NCBI GenBank assembly: GCA_019358915.1
Contig: JAHHIM010000005.1
Span: forward strand, 64,001-128,000
Source of the DNA: Trichormus sp. ATA11-4-KO1
GTDB lineage: Bacteria; Cyanobacteriota; Cyanobacteriia; Cyanobacteriales; Nostocaceae
Length of the DNA stretch: 64,000 nt
Reading direction: 5' to 3'
Part shown: in pieces, positions 1-10,305 of the stretch
Numbering within the stretch: the stretch's first letter is position 1
Layout of the letters: each line of letters opens with the position of its first letter
Notes under the pieces: model-generated
What the model saw: the letters and a program-made list of their open reading frames with translations, nothing else
What the model was told of the DNA's origin: nothing
The model's database searches: none
Position numbers and translations under genes: made by a program

Positions 1-226
<226 letters not shown>

Positions 227-256
227 TCTCTGCTTCCTCATGTAAATATTTTGTCA

Positions 257-289
257 GCAGTTTGCCGTCACTAGGCAAACTGTTTTTTT
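257..289 (+). terminator. Intrinsic terminator after groEL
   Basis: GCAGTTTGCC-loop-GGCAAACTGT followed by a T run. Confidence 0.85.
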
Positions 290-435
290 ATACCCTTGCT
301 GACTCAAAGAGCATGAAGTGATCTGATAACCGCTTGCATACTGATGTTATCTTTGACAAATCTAGGTCATCTATAAAATGACATCTGGATATTAAATATT
401 GTAAAATTTTTGACAATAGACCAAATAGATACAGT

Positions 436-532
436 TATAGCAGTCCTAAATGAGTCACGAACCAAAAGATCCCCGATTTCTTCAAGAAGTCGGGGATCTA
501 AGCCTCTCGTCAAATCAAATAGGATTGCTATA
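436..532. repeat. MITE-like small dispersed repeat with a nested hairpin
   Basis: Imperfect terminal inverted repeats TATAGCAGTCCTAAATGA / TCAAATAGGATTGCTATA enclosing AGATCCCCGATTTCTT..AAGAAGTCGGGGATCT (467-499). Confidence 0.7.
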
Positions 533-615
533 CTTTTCTCACATTAAGGAGCAAAAGTCTCAAATTAAAAGTTTTTGACCCTTGACTAATAACTATTAAG
601 TATTAGGAAAAAATC

Positions 616-1764
616 ATGGTAAGAAAACTTCGCCGTATACCCAAAGCAGTGAAGAAGTTCTACAAAAAGGAATTTTATCACCAACCAGGAAATTTGCCAG
701 GGACTATCATCGTTGATGAAAATGCTGAAGCTCCCATAATTTTTTTGTTTGACTATAACCCAAATAACTTCATTCGTAAACAAATAGAAACCCCTGAGGA
801 ATGTAGCACTTATCTGGATCAGGAATCTGTCTCTTGGGTAGATGTACAAGGATTAGGAAATCAAGACATATTACAACGATTGGGTAAAGTTTTTGATTTG
901 CATCCTCTAGTTTTAGAAGATGTAGTCAATATGGGAGAACGCCCCAAAGTTGAAGAATATGAAGACCAATTACTCATAATTGCTCACATGGTAGTGCCAA
1001 TGGAAAAAAACTGTGGGTTTTACAGCGAGCAAGTGAGTTTTGTTTTGGGGAAACATTATCTGCTCACAGTGCAGGAAGAACCAGAACATGATTGCTTTGA
1101 AGGCGTGAGGTTACGAATTGATAGAGGTAAAGGTATCATTCGCAAACAGGGGGCTGATTATTTAGCTTATGCTTTGTTAGATGCAATCATTGATGGTTTT
1201 TTCCCAGTTTTAGAAATGTACGGGGAGCGACTGGAAGAATTAGAAGAGGAAGTAATACTCAACCCTACCCGAAAAACACTACAACAAATCTATCAAATTA
1301 GACGAGAACTTCTGCAACTACGTCGTGCTATCTGGCCTCAGAGAAATGCCATTAATTCTTTAATTCGAGATGGCAGTGAACTAATAGGAGCGGAAGTGCA
1401 AATTTACCTGCGAGATTGTTACGACCATGCAGTGCAAGTAATGGATATGGTAGAAAATTACCGGGAACTAGTATCTGGATTAATGGATGTTTATTTATCG
1501 GCAGTGAGTAACAAAATGAATGAAATCATGAAGCTGCTAACAGTAGTTTCTTCGATTTTTATTCCCTTAACTTTTGTGGCGGGAATCTATGGGATGAATT
1601 TCAATACCGAAAAATCTCCATATAATATGCCTGAACTGAATTGGTATTGGGGTTACCCAATTTGCTTGGCAGTAATGGCAGCGATCGCCTTGGGTTTGCT
1701 ATTCTTTTTCTGGCGACGTGGCTGGCTGAAAAATTCTTCCATGATTAAGCAAGACGGGAAATAG
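616..1764 (+). CDS. corA: Magnesium/cobalt transporter CorA
   Basis: GIYGMNF signature, MPEL loop, two C-terminal TM helices, 382 aa. Confidence 0.96.
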   Translation: MVRKLRRIPKAVKKFYKKEFYHQPGNLPGTIIVDENAEAPIIFLFDYNPNNFIRKQIETPEECSTYLDQESVSWVDVQGLGNQDILQRLGKVFDLHPLVLEDVVNMGERPKVEEYEDQLLIIAHMVVPMEKNCGFYSEQVSFVLGKHYLLTVQEEPEHDCFEGVRLRIDRGKGIIRKQGADYLAYALLDAIIDGFFPVLEMYGERLEELEEEVILNPTRKTLQQIYQIRRELLQLRRAIWPQRNAINSLIRDGSELIGAEVQIYLRDCYDHAVQVMDMVENYRELVSGLMDVYLSAVSNKMNEIMKLLTVVSSIFIPLTFVAGIYGMNFNTEKSPYNMPELNWYWGYPICLAVMAAIALGLLFFFWRRGWLKNSSMIKQDGK

Positions 1765-1814
1765 CTAATGAGTCACATATACAAAATTATTCCAGGGAGT
1801 TAATATTCTGATTT

Positions 1815-2519
1815 ATGAGGAACGGCGACCAAAATTTAGTTATTTTGACCCTTTATATTATTGGCGTTGCTTACGTCTTTAACCGGATGGTTGAATCTAT
1901 TGATGATCAAGTTAAGTTTGAGTTTAAAAAAGATGTTGTTGATGAACAACTCAAAGAACAAAATCTCCAAGACAAAATTGGGATTTCTTTTAAATTCAAA
2001 TCCTCATATCCTGTAGACGACCTCAAAGATTTATCGCTGAGTATTGAAAATAAGTCTGAGAACATTGCTATATATGTTGACTGGGACAATAGCTCTTTAG
2101 TCGTCGAACATAGCAAGCAATCACGCCGAGTTATTCGTAAATCACCTGATTTAACCCGTGACTTAGCTGTACCCCAAAGTCCTAGCCTGATTGCTCCCCA
2201 GAAAACCCTTTCAGAGACAGTAACAGCAGAAGATGTTTTTGTACGTGATGCCGTAGCTGGAACTTACTCAGCCACAAAACCCATAATTGATATTACTGGG
2301 CTAGGCAAAGCTGGCCCACCACAAAAAAAGTTATATAACGACTTTATGAATGAAAAAAAGGAGTTAGCATTTTCACTACAACTAGTGCTACGTATCTCTG
2401 AAGTACGTGTAGGTCTAGCTCCAGGTGTAAATATCCCGCCAATGTGCATTATCAATTGTCCCTTCACCATCAGAAAATTACCTTGGACTTACGCCCTACC
2501 TTGGAATAAAAAGAAGTAA
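1815..2519 (+). CDS. Hypothetical protein with N-terminal membrane anchor
   Basis: 234 aa ORF with an N-terminal hydrophobic helix; fills the gap between corA and rnpB. Confidence 0.75.
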   Translation: MRNGDQNLVILTLYIIGVAYVFNRMVESIDDQVKFEFKKDVVDEQLKEQNLQDKIGISFKFKSSYPVDDLKDLSLSIENKSENIAIYVDWDNSSLVVEHSKQSRRVIRKSPDLTRDLAVPQSPSLIAPQKTLSETVTAEDVFVRDAVAGTYSATKPIIDITGLGKAGPPQKKLYNDFMNEKKELAFSLQLVLRISEVRVGLAPGVNIPPMCIINCPFTIRKLPWTYALPWNKKK

Positions 2520-2562
2520 TCCGCACCGGACACATAATGCCATCCCAGATTACACTGGAGTT

Positions 2563-3014
2563 AGGGAGAGAGTAGGCGCAGGCAGTTGCAGATCAGTCAT
2601 GCGACTGGTTTGAGGAAAGTCCGGGCTCCCGAAAGACCAAACTTGCTGGATAACGTCCAGTGCGAGCGATCGTGAGGATAGTGCCACAGAAAGATACCGC
2701 CAAAGTCAGTGCTGAGCAATGAGTGCTGAGCACTGAGTTGTCTTTACTCAGCACTCAGCACTCAGCACTCAAAACTATTTTGGTAAGGGTGCAAAGGTGC
2801 GGTAAGAGCGCACCAGCACGACCGAGAGGTCGTGGCTCGGTAAACCCCGGTTGGGAGCAAGGCGAAAGGAGACTATGGTTGGTCTTTTACCAGTTTCCTA
2901 AAGTAGAGCCGCTAGAGGCGTTTGGTAACAAACGTCCCAGATAGATAACTGCCCTCAAAGGTGCTTTTAAACACTTTTGAGAACAGAACCCGGCTTATGT
3001 CCGACTCTCTCCCC
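2563..3014 (+). ncRNA. rnpB: RNase P RNA (type A)
   Basis: GAGGAAAGTCCGGGCT, AGTGCCACAGAAA, GGTAAACCCC and AGAACCCGGCTTA motifs; P1 pairing GGGAGAGAGT/ACTCTCTCCC; lies upstream of rnc. Confidence 0.97.
2704..2772. repeat. STRR heptamer array (TGAGTGC / CTCAGCA) forming an extended P12 helix of RNase P RNA
   Basis: GTGCTGAG-type units followed by complementary (CTCAGCA)x3. Confidence 0.85.
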
Positions 3015-3104
3015 TCTTTTTAGTGCTGAGTGCGCTTCTTGCCCTGAGCGAAGTCGAAGGGGAGTGCTGAGTAGTTAATTCTCTAGTCCCCAGTCCCCAC
3101 CTCC

Positions 3105-3827
3105 TTGATGACACTTGTTTATCCCCGCCGTCAAAGGCAGCTTGAAAGTTTAGTGAGAAAGTTAGGTTTGCCAACAGGGTTACCCATTAAGTGGGAACTG
3201 TTGGATTTGGCGCTAACTCATCCGACTGTTTCGGAATCAGCAAATTATGAACAACTAGAGTTCGTCGGTGATGCAGTGGTGCGACTAGCGGCGGCGGTTG
3301 TGTTGTGGGAAACATATCCTGATTGTCCAGTGGGGGATTTTGCGGCGATTCGTTCGGTGTTAGTGAGCGATCGCATTCTCGCTCAACTGGCTAGAGAATA
3401 TGGTTTAGAGTTATATTTACTAGTTGCAGGTAGTGCTACCAGTGATAAAGTCGGTCAAGAATCACGATTGGCAGATGCTTTTGAAGCTGTTCTGGGTGCG
3501 CTTTATCTCAGCACTAACAATTTGGACTTAATTCGCCCATGGTTAGATGATCACTTCCAAAAACTAGCAACAGAAATTCGCCTCGATCCGGCTAGACTTA
3601 ATTACAAAGCTGCCCTACAAGAATGGACACAGGCACAATTTAAGGTCTTACCTGAGTATCGGGTCGTAGAGATCAGTCAAACTAACCAAAATCAAGAGCG
3701 TTTTGCGGCTGAAGTCTGGTTGCATGACAATAAATTAGGTGAAGGCAAAGGACGCTCAATCAAAGCTGCTGAACAAGCCGCAGCTAAAGTAGCTTTTTTA
3801 GCGATCGCCAATCAGGAAAATCCCTGA
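3105..3827 (+). CDS. rnc: Ribonuclease III
   Basis: YEQLEFVGDAV signature, LADAFEAVLGALYL, C-terminal dsRBD (NYKAALQEW..GKGRSIKAAEQAAA). Confidence 0.95.
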   Translation: MMTLVYPRRQRQLESLVRKLGLPTGLPIKWELLDLALTHPTVSESANYEQLEFVGDAVVRLAAAVVLWETYPDCPVGDFAAIRSVLVSDRILAQLAREYGLELYLLVAGSATSDKVGQESRLADAFEAVLGALYLSTNNLDLIRPWLDDHFQKLATEIRLDPARLNYKAALQEWTQAQFKVLPEYRVVEISQTNQNQERFAAEVWLHDNKLGEGKGRSIKAAEQAAAKVAFLAIANQENP

Positions 3828-3905
3828 ATTCAATTTTATATTGAGTAAAATATCAGTTGTTAGTTGTTGGTAATTTTTGTACTAATAACTAATGACTATT
3901 GACTA

Positions 3906-4973
3906 ATGACTAATATAATGACTAACCAAATTAAAATCGCTGTTATTGGTGTTGGGCGTTGGGGAGTGCATTTACTGCGGAACTTTTTAGCACATTCCCA
4001 AGTGAGTGTTGTAGCTGTAATAGACCCCCATGCAGAAAGATTAGCGGCAGTGAAGCAGCAGTTTAACTTAGATGAAAACATTTTATTTAGTACTCAGTGG
4101 TCAGCTTTACAGCAAGTACCAGGATTAACAGCAGTAGCGATCGCTACTCCAGCTACTACTCACTACGCCTTAATCAAGGACTCCCTCAAGCAGGGATACC
4201 ACGTTTTGGCAGAAAAACCCTTAACTCTAGATCCAGTTGAATGTCTGGAACTTTGCCAGTTGGCAGAGCAACAGCATTTAATACTGATGGTTGACCATAC
4301 TTATTTATTTCATCCAGCCGTTGCACAAGGGCAAGCTGTAGTTAAAGCTGGTAAATTAGGTGATTTACTTTATGGCTACGCCACCCGCACCCATTTAGGG
4401 CCAGTTCGCCAGGATGTAGATGCTTTGTGGGATTTAGCCATTCATGATATTGCCATTTTTAATAATTGGCTGGGTCAGATACCCGTGAAAGTACAAGCTA
4501 CGGGTACAGTTTGGTTACAAAGTCAAGGAAGTGGGGAACTTACACAATCCCTATCAGGCTTGGCTGATTTAGTTTGGGTTACACTGACGTACCCGGATGG
4601 CTTTCAAGCATATATCCATTTATGCTGGCTTAATCCCGATAAACAGCGACGACTTGGGGTTGTGGGTAGCCTGGGAAGTTTGATTTTTGATGAAATGTCA
4701 CCCTCATCGCCTTTAACTTTGTTACATGGTGAGTTTGAACGTCAGGGGAATCAATTTTTGCCTGTGAATCAAAGGCGAGAGGTGTTAGAACTAGAAACAG
4801 GCGAACCATTGCAGAGAGTATGCGATCGCTTTGTTATTTGTGTTATTAATAATACTTCACCAGCAGTTTCATCTGGCTGGGTAGGCACAGAGTTAGTACA
4901 AATTCTCTCTGGTATTACAGCATCTCTCAACCAGGGCGGACAGCCTGTTGTTTTAAAATCAACGAATATCTAA
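3906..4973 (+). CDS. Gfo/Idh/MocA family oxidoreductase
   Basis: IAVIGVGRWG Rossmann motif, AEKP motif, DLAIHD. Confidence 0.92.
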   Translation: MTNIMTNQIKIAVIGVGRWGVHLLRNFLAHSQVSVVAVIDPHAERLAAVKQQFNLDENILFSTQWSALQQVPGLTAVAIATPATTHYALIKDSLKQGYHVLAEKPLTLDPVECLELCQLAEQQHLILMVDHTYLFHPAVAQGQAVVKAGKLGDLLYGYATRTHLGPVRQDVDALWDLAIHDIAIFNNWLGQIPVKVQATGTVWLQSQGSGELTQSLSGLADLVWVTLTYPDGFQAYIHLCWLNPDKQRRLGVVGSLGSLIFDEMSPSSPLTLLHGEFERQGNQFLPVNQRREVLELETGEPLQRVCDRFVICVINNTSPAVSSGWVGTELVQILSGITASLNQGGQPVVLKSTNI

Positions 4974-5503
4974 TTACTATTTCGGATGAGAACGTTAGTA
5001 TCTGTCCACCCATAAGCAACTTCTTTGAGTTGAGAATTACCTCTCTCGATGAGCTGTTCATCAACTTTTTGCCCACCTAGAGCTTGATAAAATTTACAGG
5101 CTGGATTGTCTGCTAGTACCCATACCAGCATTGAATGAATATCTACTTGAGCAAGTCGCTTCATAACCATCCTGACGAGTTGGCGTCCAATACCTTGTTG
5201 TTGGTAGCTATCCAAAATGTAGATAGCATTGAGTTCGCCCTTGTAAAGAGAATTTCCTGTACGTTCTGGGCCGCCATGAGCAAAACCGACAACTTGTCCT
5301 GCCTGATTTTCAACTACATAGGTAAACTGTCCTTGAATTGCTGCCTGGCTCAAAATTTGTTGCCAACCCTGTTCACGTTTTTTATAGGACAGTTGAGCGA
5401 GATAATCTTCTGGGATCATACCTCGGTAGGTTGTCCGCCAAGTGTCTATGTGAATTTGAGCAATTCTGGTTACATCATTGAAGTGAGCTTCTCTCAAGAT
5501 CAT
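4970..5503 (-). CDS. GNAT family N-acetyltransferase
   Basis: QQQGIGRQL acetyl-CoA motif; NPACKFYQALGG. Confidence 0.92.
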   Translation of the reverse strand: MILREAHFNDVTRIAQIHIDTWRTTYRGMIPEDYLAQLSYKKREQGWQQILSQAAIQGQFTYVVENQAGQVVGFAHGGPERTGNSLYKGELNAIYILDSYQQQGIGRQLVRMVMKRLAQVDIHSMLVWVLADNPACKFYQALGGQKVDEQLIERGNSQLKEVAYGWTDTNVLIRNSN

Positions 5504-5571
5504 GGGATAGATTTCTATGTAAGCAAGCTGTGAATATATTTTTTAACCCCAATTTCTCAAATGAAAATTTT

Positions 5572-7716
5572 CTATCTCTCCGTGGTTCGGTTAGCATAAG
5601 CTTCTCCTGATGGTAAGCGGGGAAGGGCAGGCTGCGGCAGGAGATCAAGCTCATAATTATTCTTCACAAGTGGCAGTTCGCAATTTTTTCCATCTAACCC
5701 AGCTTTGTTAGATTCATTGATCCCGTTAGAGTCTTGAAGGGTGTCTTCCTGATGAATAGGACATGAGTTGAACTCTCTTACCGCCTCATCTCCAGAATTA
5801 ACTCCCAGATTCGGGAAACCTTTTTCCTCTGTTGGATCTGTTAATGAAGCACCATCAATTAACGGTAAAGTAATCTTCACCGTTGTACCTTGATTCAGTC
5901 CGGCACTTTCTAGAATAATGCTACCTCCCATGAGTTCAATCAAGTTCCGTGAAATCGCCAATCCTAGTCCCGTACCTTCAAACTTGCGTGTTGTGCTACC
6001 ATCAACCATCACGAAGGGACGAAATAGTTTGTGCTGTTGGGCAGGTTCTATACCTAAACCTGTATCTGTGACTTTAACAACTACCTGAGATTTATGATCA
6101 CTATTTTTCTGTATCGCTGTAGCGATCGTGATGCTGCCTTCGTCGGTGAATTTAGTGGCGTTGCCAATGATATTAATTAGTACTTGCTTCAGTTTTGCTG
6201 CGTCCGCCTTCACGGGAATGGAATCATTACCCAAGTTAATTTTTAACTTTAAGCCTTTTTGTTGAACATTCACTGACTGTAAATTGATTACTTCCAGTAG
6301 GATTTGCCTGAGATCAATCGGTGCTGTAACTACTGAAAGCTTACCTGCTTCAATTTTGGAAATATCTAGTAGCTCATTAATAATACCTAGCAAATGAATA
6401 GCTGTCTCATCTGCGCGTTTGAGGAATTCCAGTTCTTCTTCTCGGTTATCGCACAAACCATCGTGAACTAGGCGCACACAGTTAATAATGATATTTAGTG
6501 GGTTTCTCAATTCATGAGAAGTTGTTGCTAAAAACTGACTTTTAATGTGGTTGGCGGTTTTAGCCTCTTTCCAAGCAATTTCTAGTTCTTCTGCCCAAGC
6601 TTTGAGTCGCTCGACCATTTGGTCTATTGCTTGCGCCAGTTGATTGAACTCTCGGATTTTGAAGTTGTGGGGTACTGGTTGTGTGGCGTGGTGGCTGTGA
6701 AGATTTAGGGCATAGTCTCGCAATTCTTCTACAGGACTGGCTAAGTAAGGAGCCAGATACAGGGATGCCAACAAGCTTGCACCAATCAAACCAACTGTCA
6801 ATACAATAAGGATCAGTTTTATTTCCTCTAAACCAAACAAAGCATTGTCCACAGTTGTCACAGCTAGGATGATCCATTTTTGTCCTTGCTGTTGTGTAAT
6901 GGGATTGGCAATAGCTGTATAGCCAGCTACTAATTCTTCACCCTCTCGAAAAGATAAATTTATGGGACTACTTTCCCCAGTAATGCCTGCGATGGGCTGC
7001 GCCAAGGCATTTTTGACAATGCTTTGTAGTCGGGAAGCGTCTGGGTGCTGTTGGATATTATTACCCACTCGCGCTGCCAATGGGTGTGCTAAAATTGTCC
7101 CGTCTTCAGCAATTACTAAGGTAGAGCCTGCTAGTGACCCTGGCTGATTTCTGTTTTGCTTGTATAGCGCTGATTGGAGATTCAAGGCATATGCTAATTC
7201 CCCACTACGATTGTAGACTGGGGCAGAAAACACCAACTTTAGTTGGTTATGTTTATTTACTTGACCAGTTGTTCCGGCTTTGGGCGGTAATATTTTCTGG
7301 ATATCAACCCCGTAACTAGGCAAAGGTAAACTTAGTTCGGCAATTAATTTATTGCCACAGCTACTAGCAATGATTTCCCTACTTTGGAGATTAATTAATT
7401 GTAGGCACTCAATATGAGTTGGCAATTGTTGTGCCATCTGAGTGAGATACTGTTGTACTTCAGTCCGTGAACCCGATTGTACAACTGTTGTTTGACTGAT
7501 AGTTAGCAAGTGAGTTTTGAGGGTAGCGATCGCATTGGCAATCTTCTCACCTTTAGCGATGGCGCTTTCTGTTAAATTTTGGCGGGCTGTTTTCAGCAGG
7601 CTAGATCGCGCCTTATTCAAAGCCACAATTTCCCCCAGTAACAAAACTGGGACAAACAAAAGCAAAATTCTTGTTACTAAAATACGTCGAAAGGATGATT
7701 GACAGGGCTTAGCCAT
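5572..7716 (-). CDS. Membrane sensor histidine kinase (periplasmic Cache-like domain, HAMP, HisKA, HATPase)
   Basis: Two TM helices; FLATTSHELRNPL H-box, NIIGNATKFT N-box, DTGLGI and GTGLGL G-boxes; start placed at MAKPCQ. Confidence 0.93.
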   Translation of the reverse strand: MAKPCQSSFRRILVTRILLLFVPVLLLGEIVALNKARSSLLKTARQNLTESAIAKGEKIANAIATLKTHLLTISQTTVVQSGSRTEVQQYLTQMAQQLPTHIECLQLINLQSREIIASSCGNKLIAELSLPLPSYGVDIQKILPPKAGTTGQVNKHNQLKLVFSAPVYNRSGELAYALNLQSALYKQNRNQPGSLAGSTLVIAEDGTILAHPLAARVGNNIQQHPDASRLQSIVKNALAQPIAGITGESSPINLSFREGEELVAGYTAIANPITQQQGQKWIILAVTTVDNALFGLEEIKLILIVLTVGLIGASLLASLYLAPYLASPVEELRDYALNLHSHHATQPVPHNFKIREFNQLAQAIDQMVERLKAWAEELEIAWKEAKTANHIKSQFLATTSHELRNPLNIIINCVRLVHDGLCDNREEELEFLKRADETAIHLLGIINELLDISKIEAGKLSVVTAPIDLRQILLEVINLQSVNVQQKGLKLKINLGNDSIPVKADAAKLKQVLINIIGNATKFTDEGSITIATAIQKNSDHKSQVVVKVTDTGLGIEPAQQHKLFRPFVMVDGSTTRKFEGTGLGLAISRNLIELMGGSIILESAGLNQGTTVKITLPLIDGASLTDPTEEKGFPNLGVNSGDEAVREFNSCPIHQEDTLQDSNGINESNKAGLDGKNCELPLVKNNYELDLLPQPALPRLPSGEAYANRTTER

Positions 7717-7976
7717 CGAGTGTCTCACTTCGCATCTGTAAACCACAAAAGCAACGATATGCAATTAGAACGGCTAAATGAGACATTCTATTGAGTTATC
7801 AGAATTTTCTTGTCAACCCCTAAAAGTATCAAGTATTGAAGATATAACCAGAAACATGCTGTGCCAAAGCTTGTATAAGGTAGATGTGAAAGTGACTTGT
7901 GTTGCATATAGATACAGTTATGAAATTAGAATCAACACACTAGCAAGCAAAATATCAAGACTATCAAACCAACCCA

Positions 7977-8717
7977 ATGATGCAACGTCGTCCTCACACC
8001 ACAGTAGTTTTGGCAATGAGTGCAGATGGCAAGATAGCAGATTATAGGCGATCGCCCGCTCGTTTTGGCTCAGGGGCTGATAAAGCGCACCTGGAAAAAC
8101 AAATTGCTGCCTCTGATGCCGTTTTACTAGGTGCTGGCACCCTCCGTGCTTACGGTACAACACTTACCGTATCACAACCAATTCTGCTGCAACATCGCAT
8201 ACAGGGGGGCAAGCCCGCCCAGCCGGTTCATATAGTCATTACACACTCTGGTGACCTCAATCCGGAAATTAAGTTTTTTCAACAGCCAATCGAACGCTGG
8301 TTGTTTACAACAACAATGGGGGCACGTTCATGGCAAAAACGAGAACAGATACTTCATTCAACAGAGAAATCTGCTGCACAGAAGTATTCTCCAAAATTTG
8401 AGCAGATCATAGTTTTTGATACACCAACGGGAAAGGTTGATACATCCACTGCTTTGCAACACCTGGCATCTCTACATATAACACGCTTAGCAGTATTGGG
8501 AGGCGGTGAATTAGTAGCTTCTATGCTGGAATCAGATTTAATTGATGAACTCTGGCTGACAGTTTGCCCTTTAATTTTAGGCGGTGCCACTGCACCCACA
8601 CCAGTAGAAGGCGGAGGATTTTTATCTCAATTAGCTCCCAAATTAGAACTTCTAGAAGTTCATCAAGTAGAGCAGGAAGTATTTTTGCACTATCGGCTGC
8701 AACGATTAGCAGATTAG
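7977..8717 (+). CDS. RibD C-terminal (DHFR-like) reductase family protein
   Basis: AMSADGKI, LGAGTLR, VLGGGELVASML, LIDELWLTVCPLILGG. Confidence 0.9.
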   Translation: MMQRRPHTTVVLAMSADGKIADYRRSPARFGSGADKAHLEKQIAASDAVLLGAGTLRAYGTTLTVSQPILLQHRIQGGKPAQPVHIVITHSGDLNPEIKFFQQPIERWLFTTTMGARSWQKREQILHSTEKSAAQKYSPKFEQIIVFDTPTGKVDTSTALQHLASLHITRLAVLGGGELVASMLESDLIDELWLTVCPLILGGATAPTPVEGGGFLSQLAPKLELLEVHQVEQEVFLHYRLQRLAD

Positions 8718-8803
8718 ATTACGCTATTAGTCATTAGGCATTGGGCATAGAGAAAATTTTTTCCTTGTCCCCCCAGTCCCTCATTCCCTTAAACAGCCCC
8801 ACG

Positions 8804-9982
8804 ATGGTGGAACAAATCAAGCCTCGCTACTATAGCGTTTGGATCAACAAAATCGCGGAAGTACCCCAAGGTGCTTGGGATGCTTTAGCAATACCACTCA
8901 AAACGCCGTTTTTAGAATGGGAGTGGCTGAATAATCTAGAAATCTCCCAGAGTGCTACAGCTAAAACCGGCTGGTTGCCAAATCACTTACTATTGTGGCG
9001 AGACAGGACTTTGATTGCAGCCGCCCCACTTTACCTGAAAGGACATAGTTATGGTGAATTTGTCTTTGATCACCAATGGGCAGAGTTAGCTGATCGCATT
9101 GGAGTCCAATACTATCCCAAATTACTGGGAATGACACCATTTACCCCGGCTGAAGGTTATCGCTTCTTAATTGCGCCGGGGGAAGATGAGGAGGAAATCA
9201 CCGCGATGATGGTGCATGAAATTGATGCTTTCTGCATTAAACAGCGAATTTCTGGTTGTCATTTTCTCTATGTCGATCCCCAATGGCGTCCTGTGCTGGA
9301 ACGGCAAGGTTTTACAACTTGGTTACACCATAGCTACATTTGGGAAAATGTGGGTTTTAAAACTTTTGATGATTACTTAGCATTATTCAACGCCAATCAG
9401 CGCCGCAATATCAAGCGAGAACGTAAAGCCGTGGAGAAAGTGGGTTTACGACTACAACCATTGACTGGTGATGCAATTCCTCAGTCTTTATTTCCTTTGA
9501 TGTACCAGTTCTACGCTGATACTTGTGATAAGTTTGGCTGGTGGGGTAGCAAATATCTCACCAAACGATTTTTTGAACAGCTACATACCAATTATCGGCA
9601 TCGCGTGTTATTTTTCGCGGCATATACAGAACAAGATGAACGCCAACCTGTAGGTATGTCCTTTTGTTTGTATAAAGGCGATCGCTTATATGGGCGTTAC
9701 TGGGGTAGTTTTCAAGAAATAGATTGCTTACATTTTGATGCTTGTTATTATGCACCAATTGAGTGGGCGATCGCTCACGGTATTCAAACCTTTGACCCTG
9801 GTGCTGGGGGACGACACAAAAAACGCCGAGGTTTCCCGGCTATGGCTAATTACAGTTTGCACCGTTTTTATAATGGTCGTTTAGAACAAATTCTCCGCCC
9901 CTATATTCGGGAAGTCAATCAACTAGAACAGCAGGAAATGGCGGCGATTAATCAGGATTTGCCTTTCAGTAAACGTGATTAA
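8804..9982 (+). CDS. GNAT-fold / FemAB-like protein (DUF482 type)
   Basis: HSYGEFVFDHQWA, LYGRYWG, LHFDACYY, GAGGRHKKRRGF motifs. Confidence 0.88.
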   Translation: MVEQIKPRYYSVWINKIAEVPQGAWDALAIPLKTPFLEWEWLNNLEISQSATAKTGWLPNHLLLWRDRTLIAAAPLYLKGHSYGEFVFDHQWAELADRIGVQYYPKLLGMTPFTPAEGYRFLIAPGEDEEEITAMMVHEIDAFCIKQRISGCHFLYVDPQWRPVLERQGFTTWLHHSYIWENVGFKTFDDYLALFNANQRRNIKRERKAVEKVGLRLQPLTGDAIPQSLFPLMYQFYADTCDKFGWWGSKYLTKRFFEQLHTNYRHRVLFFAAYTEQDERQPVGMSFCLYKGDRLYGRYWGSFQEIDCLHFDACYYAPIEWAIAHGIQTFDPGAGGRHKKRRGFPAMANYSLHRFYNGRLEQILRPYIREVNQLEQQEMAAINQDLPFSKRD

Positions 9983-10021
9983 GAAATTACAAAATAACTA
10001 GTAAGACTTAATAAAATCAAA

Positions 10022-10302
10022 GTTCGTAGTAAGTAGCTCTAACTCTTTAAAACCTTGTAAGAAAGCGATAAATCGCTCACTACGAACAAAAATTTATCTT
10101 AAGACAGGAATGTTTGGCGTTGCTGATTGATGGGATGATTTTTTTCTCACGCAAAGACGCAAAGGCGCAAAGACGCAAAAAATCTACCTTTAGCTTTGGT
10201 CAAAAATATCAATTAATTCCGCAAATATGCAACGCCACAAACTTTTATTAAGTTGCTGTATTAGATTAGGATGGTGCGGCGCTTGGCGACAACACACCCT
10301 AC
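10022..10302. repeat. Cluster of three dispersed palindromic repeats between convergent genes
   Basis: GTTCGTAGT..ACTACGAAC (10022-10087); TGGCGTTGC..GCAACGCCA (10115-10237) with internal CGCAAAGA octamers; GTAG-type REP-like hairpin on the minus strand (about 10267-10302). Confidence 0.65.
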
Positions 10303-10305
10303 TGG

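Noticed and set aside
2723..2944. 73-aa ORF
   Set aside because: Lies within rnpB; produced by the STRR repeats
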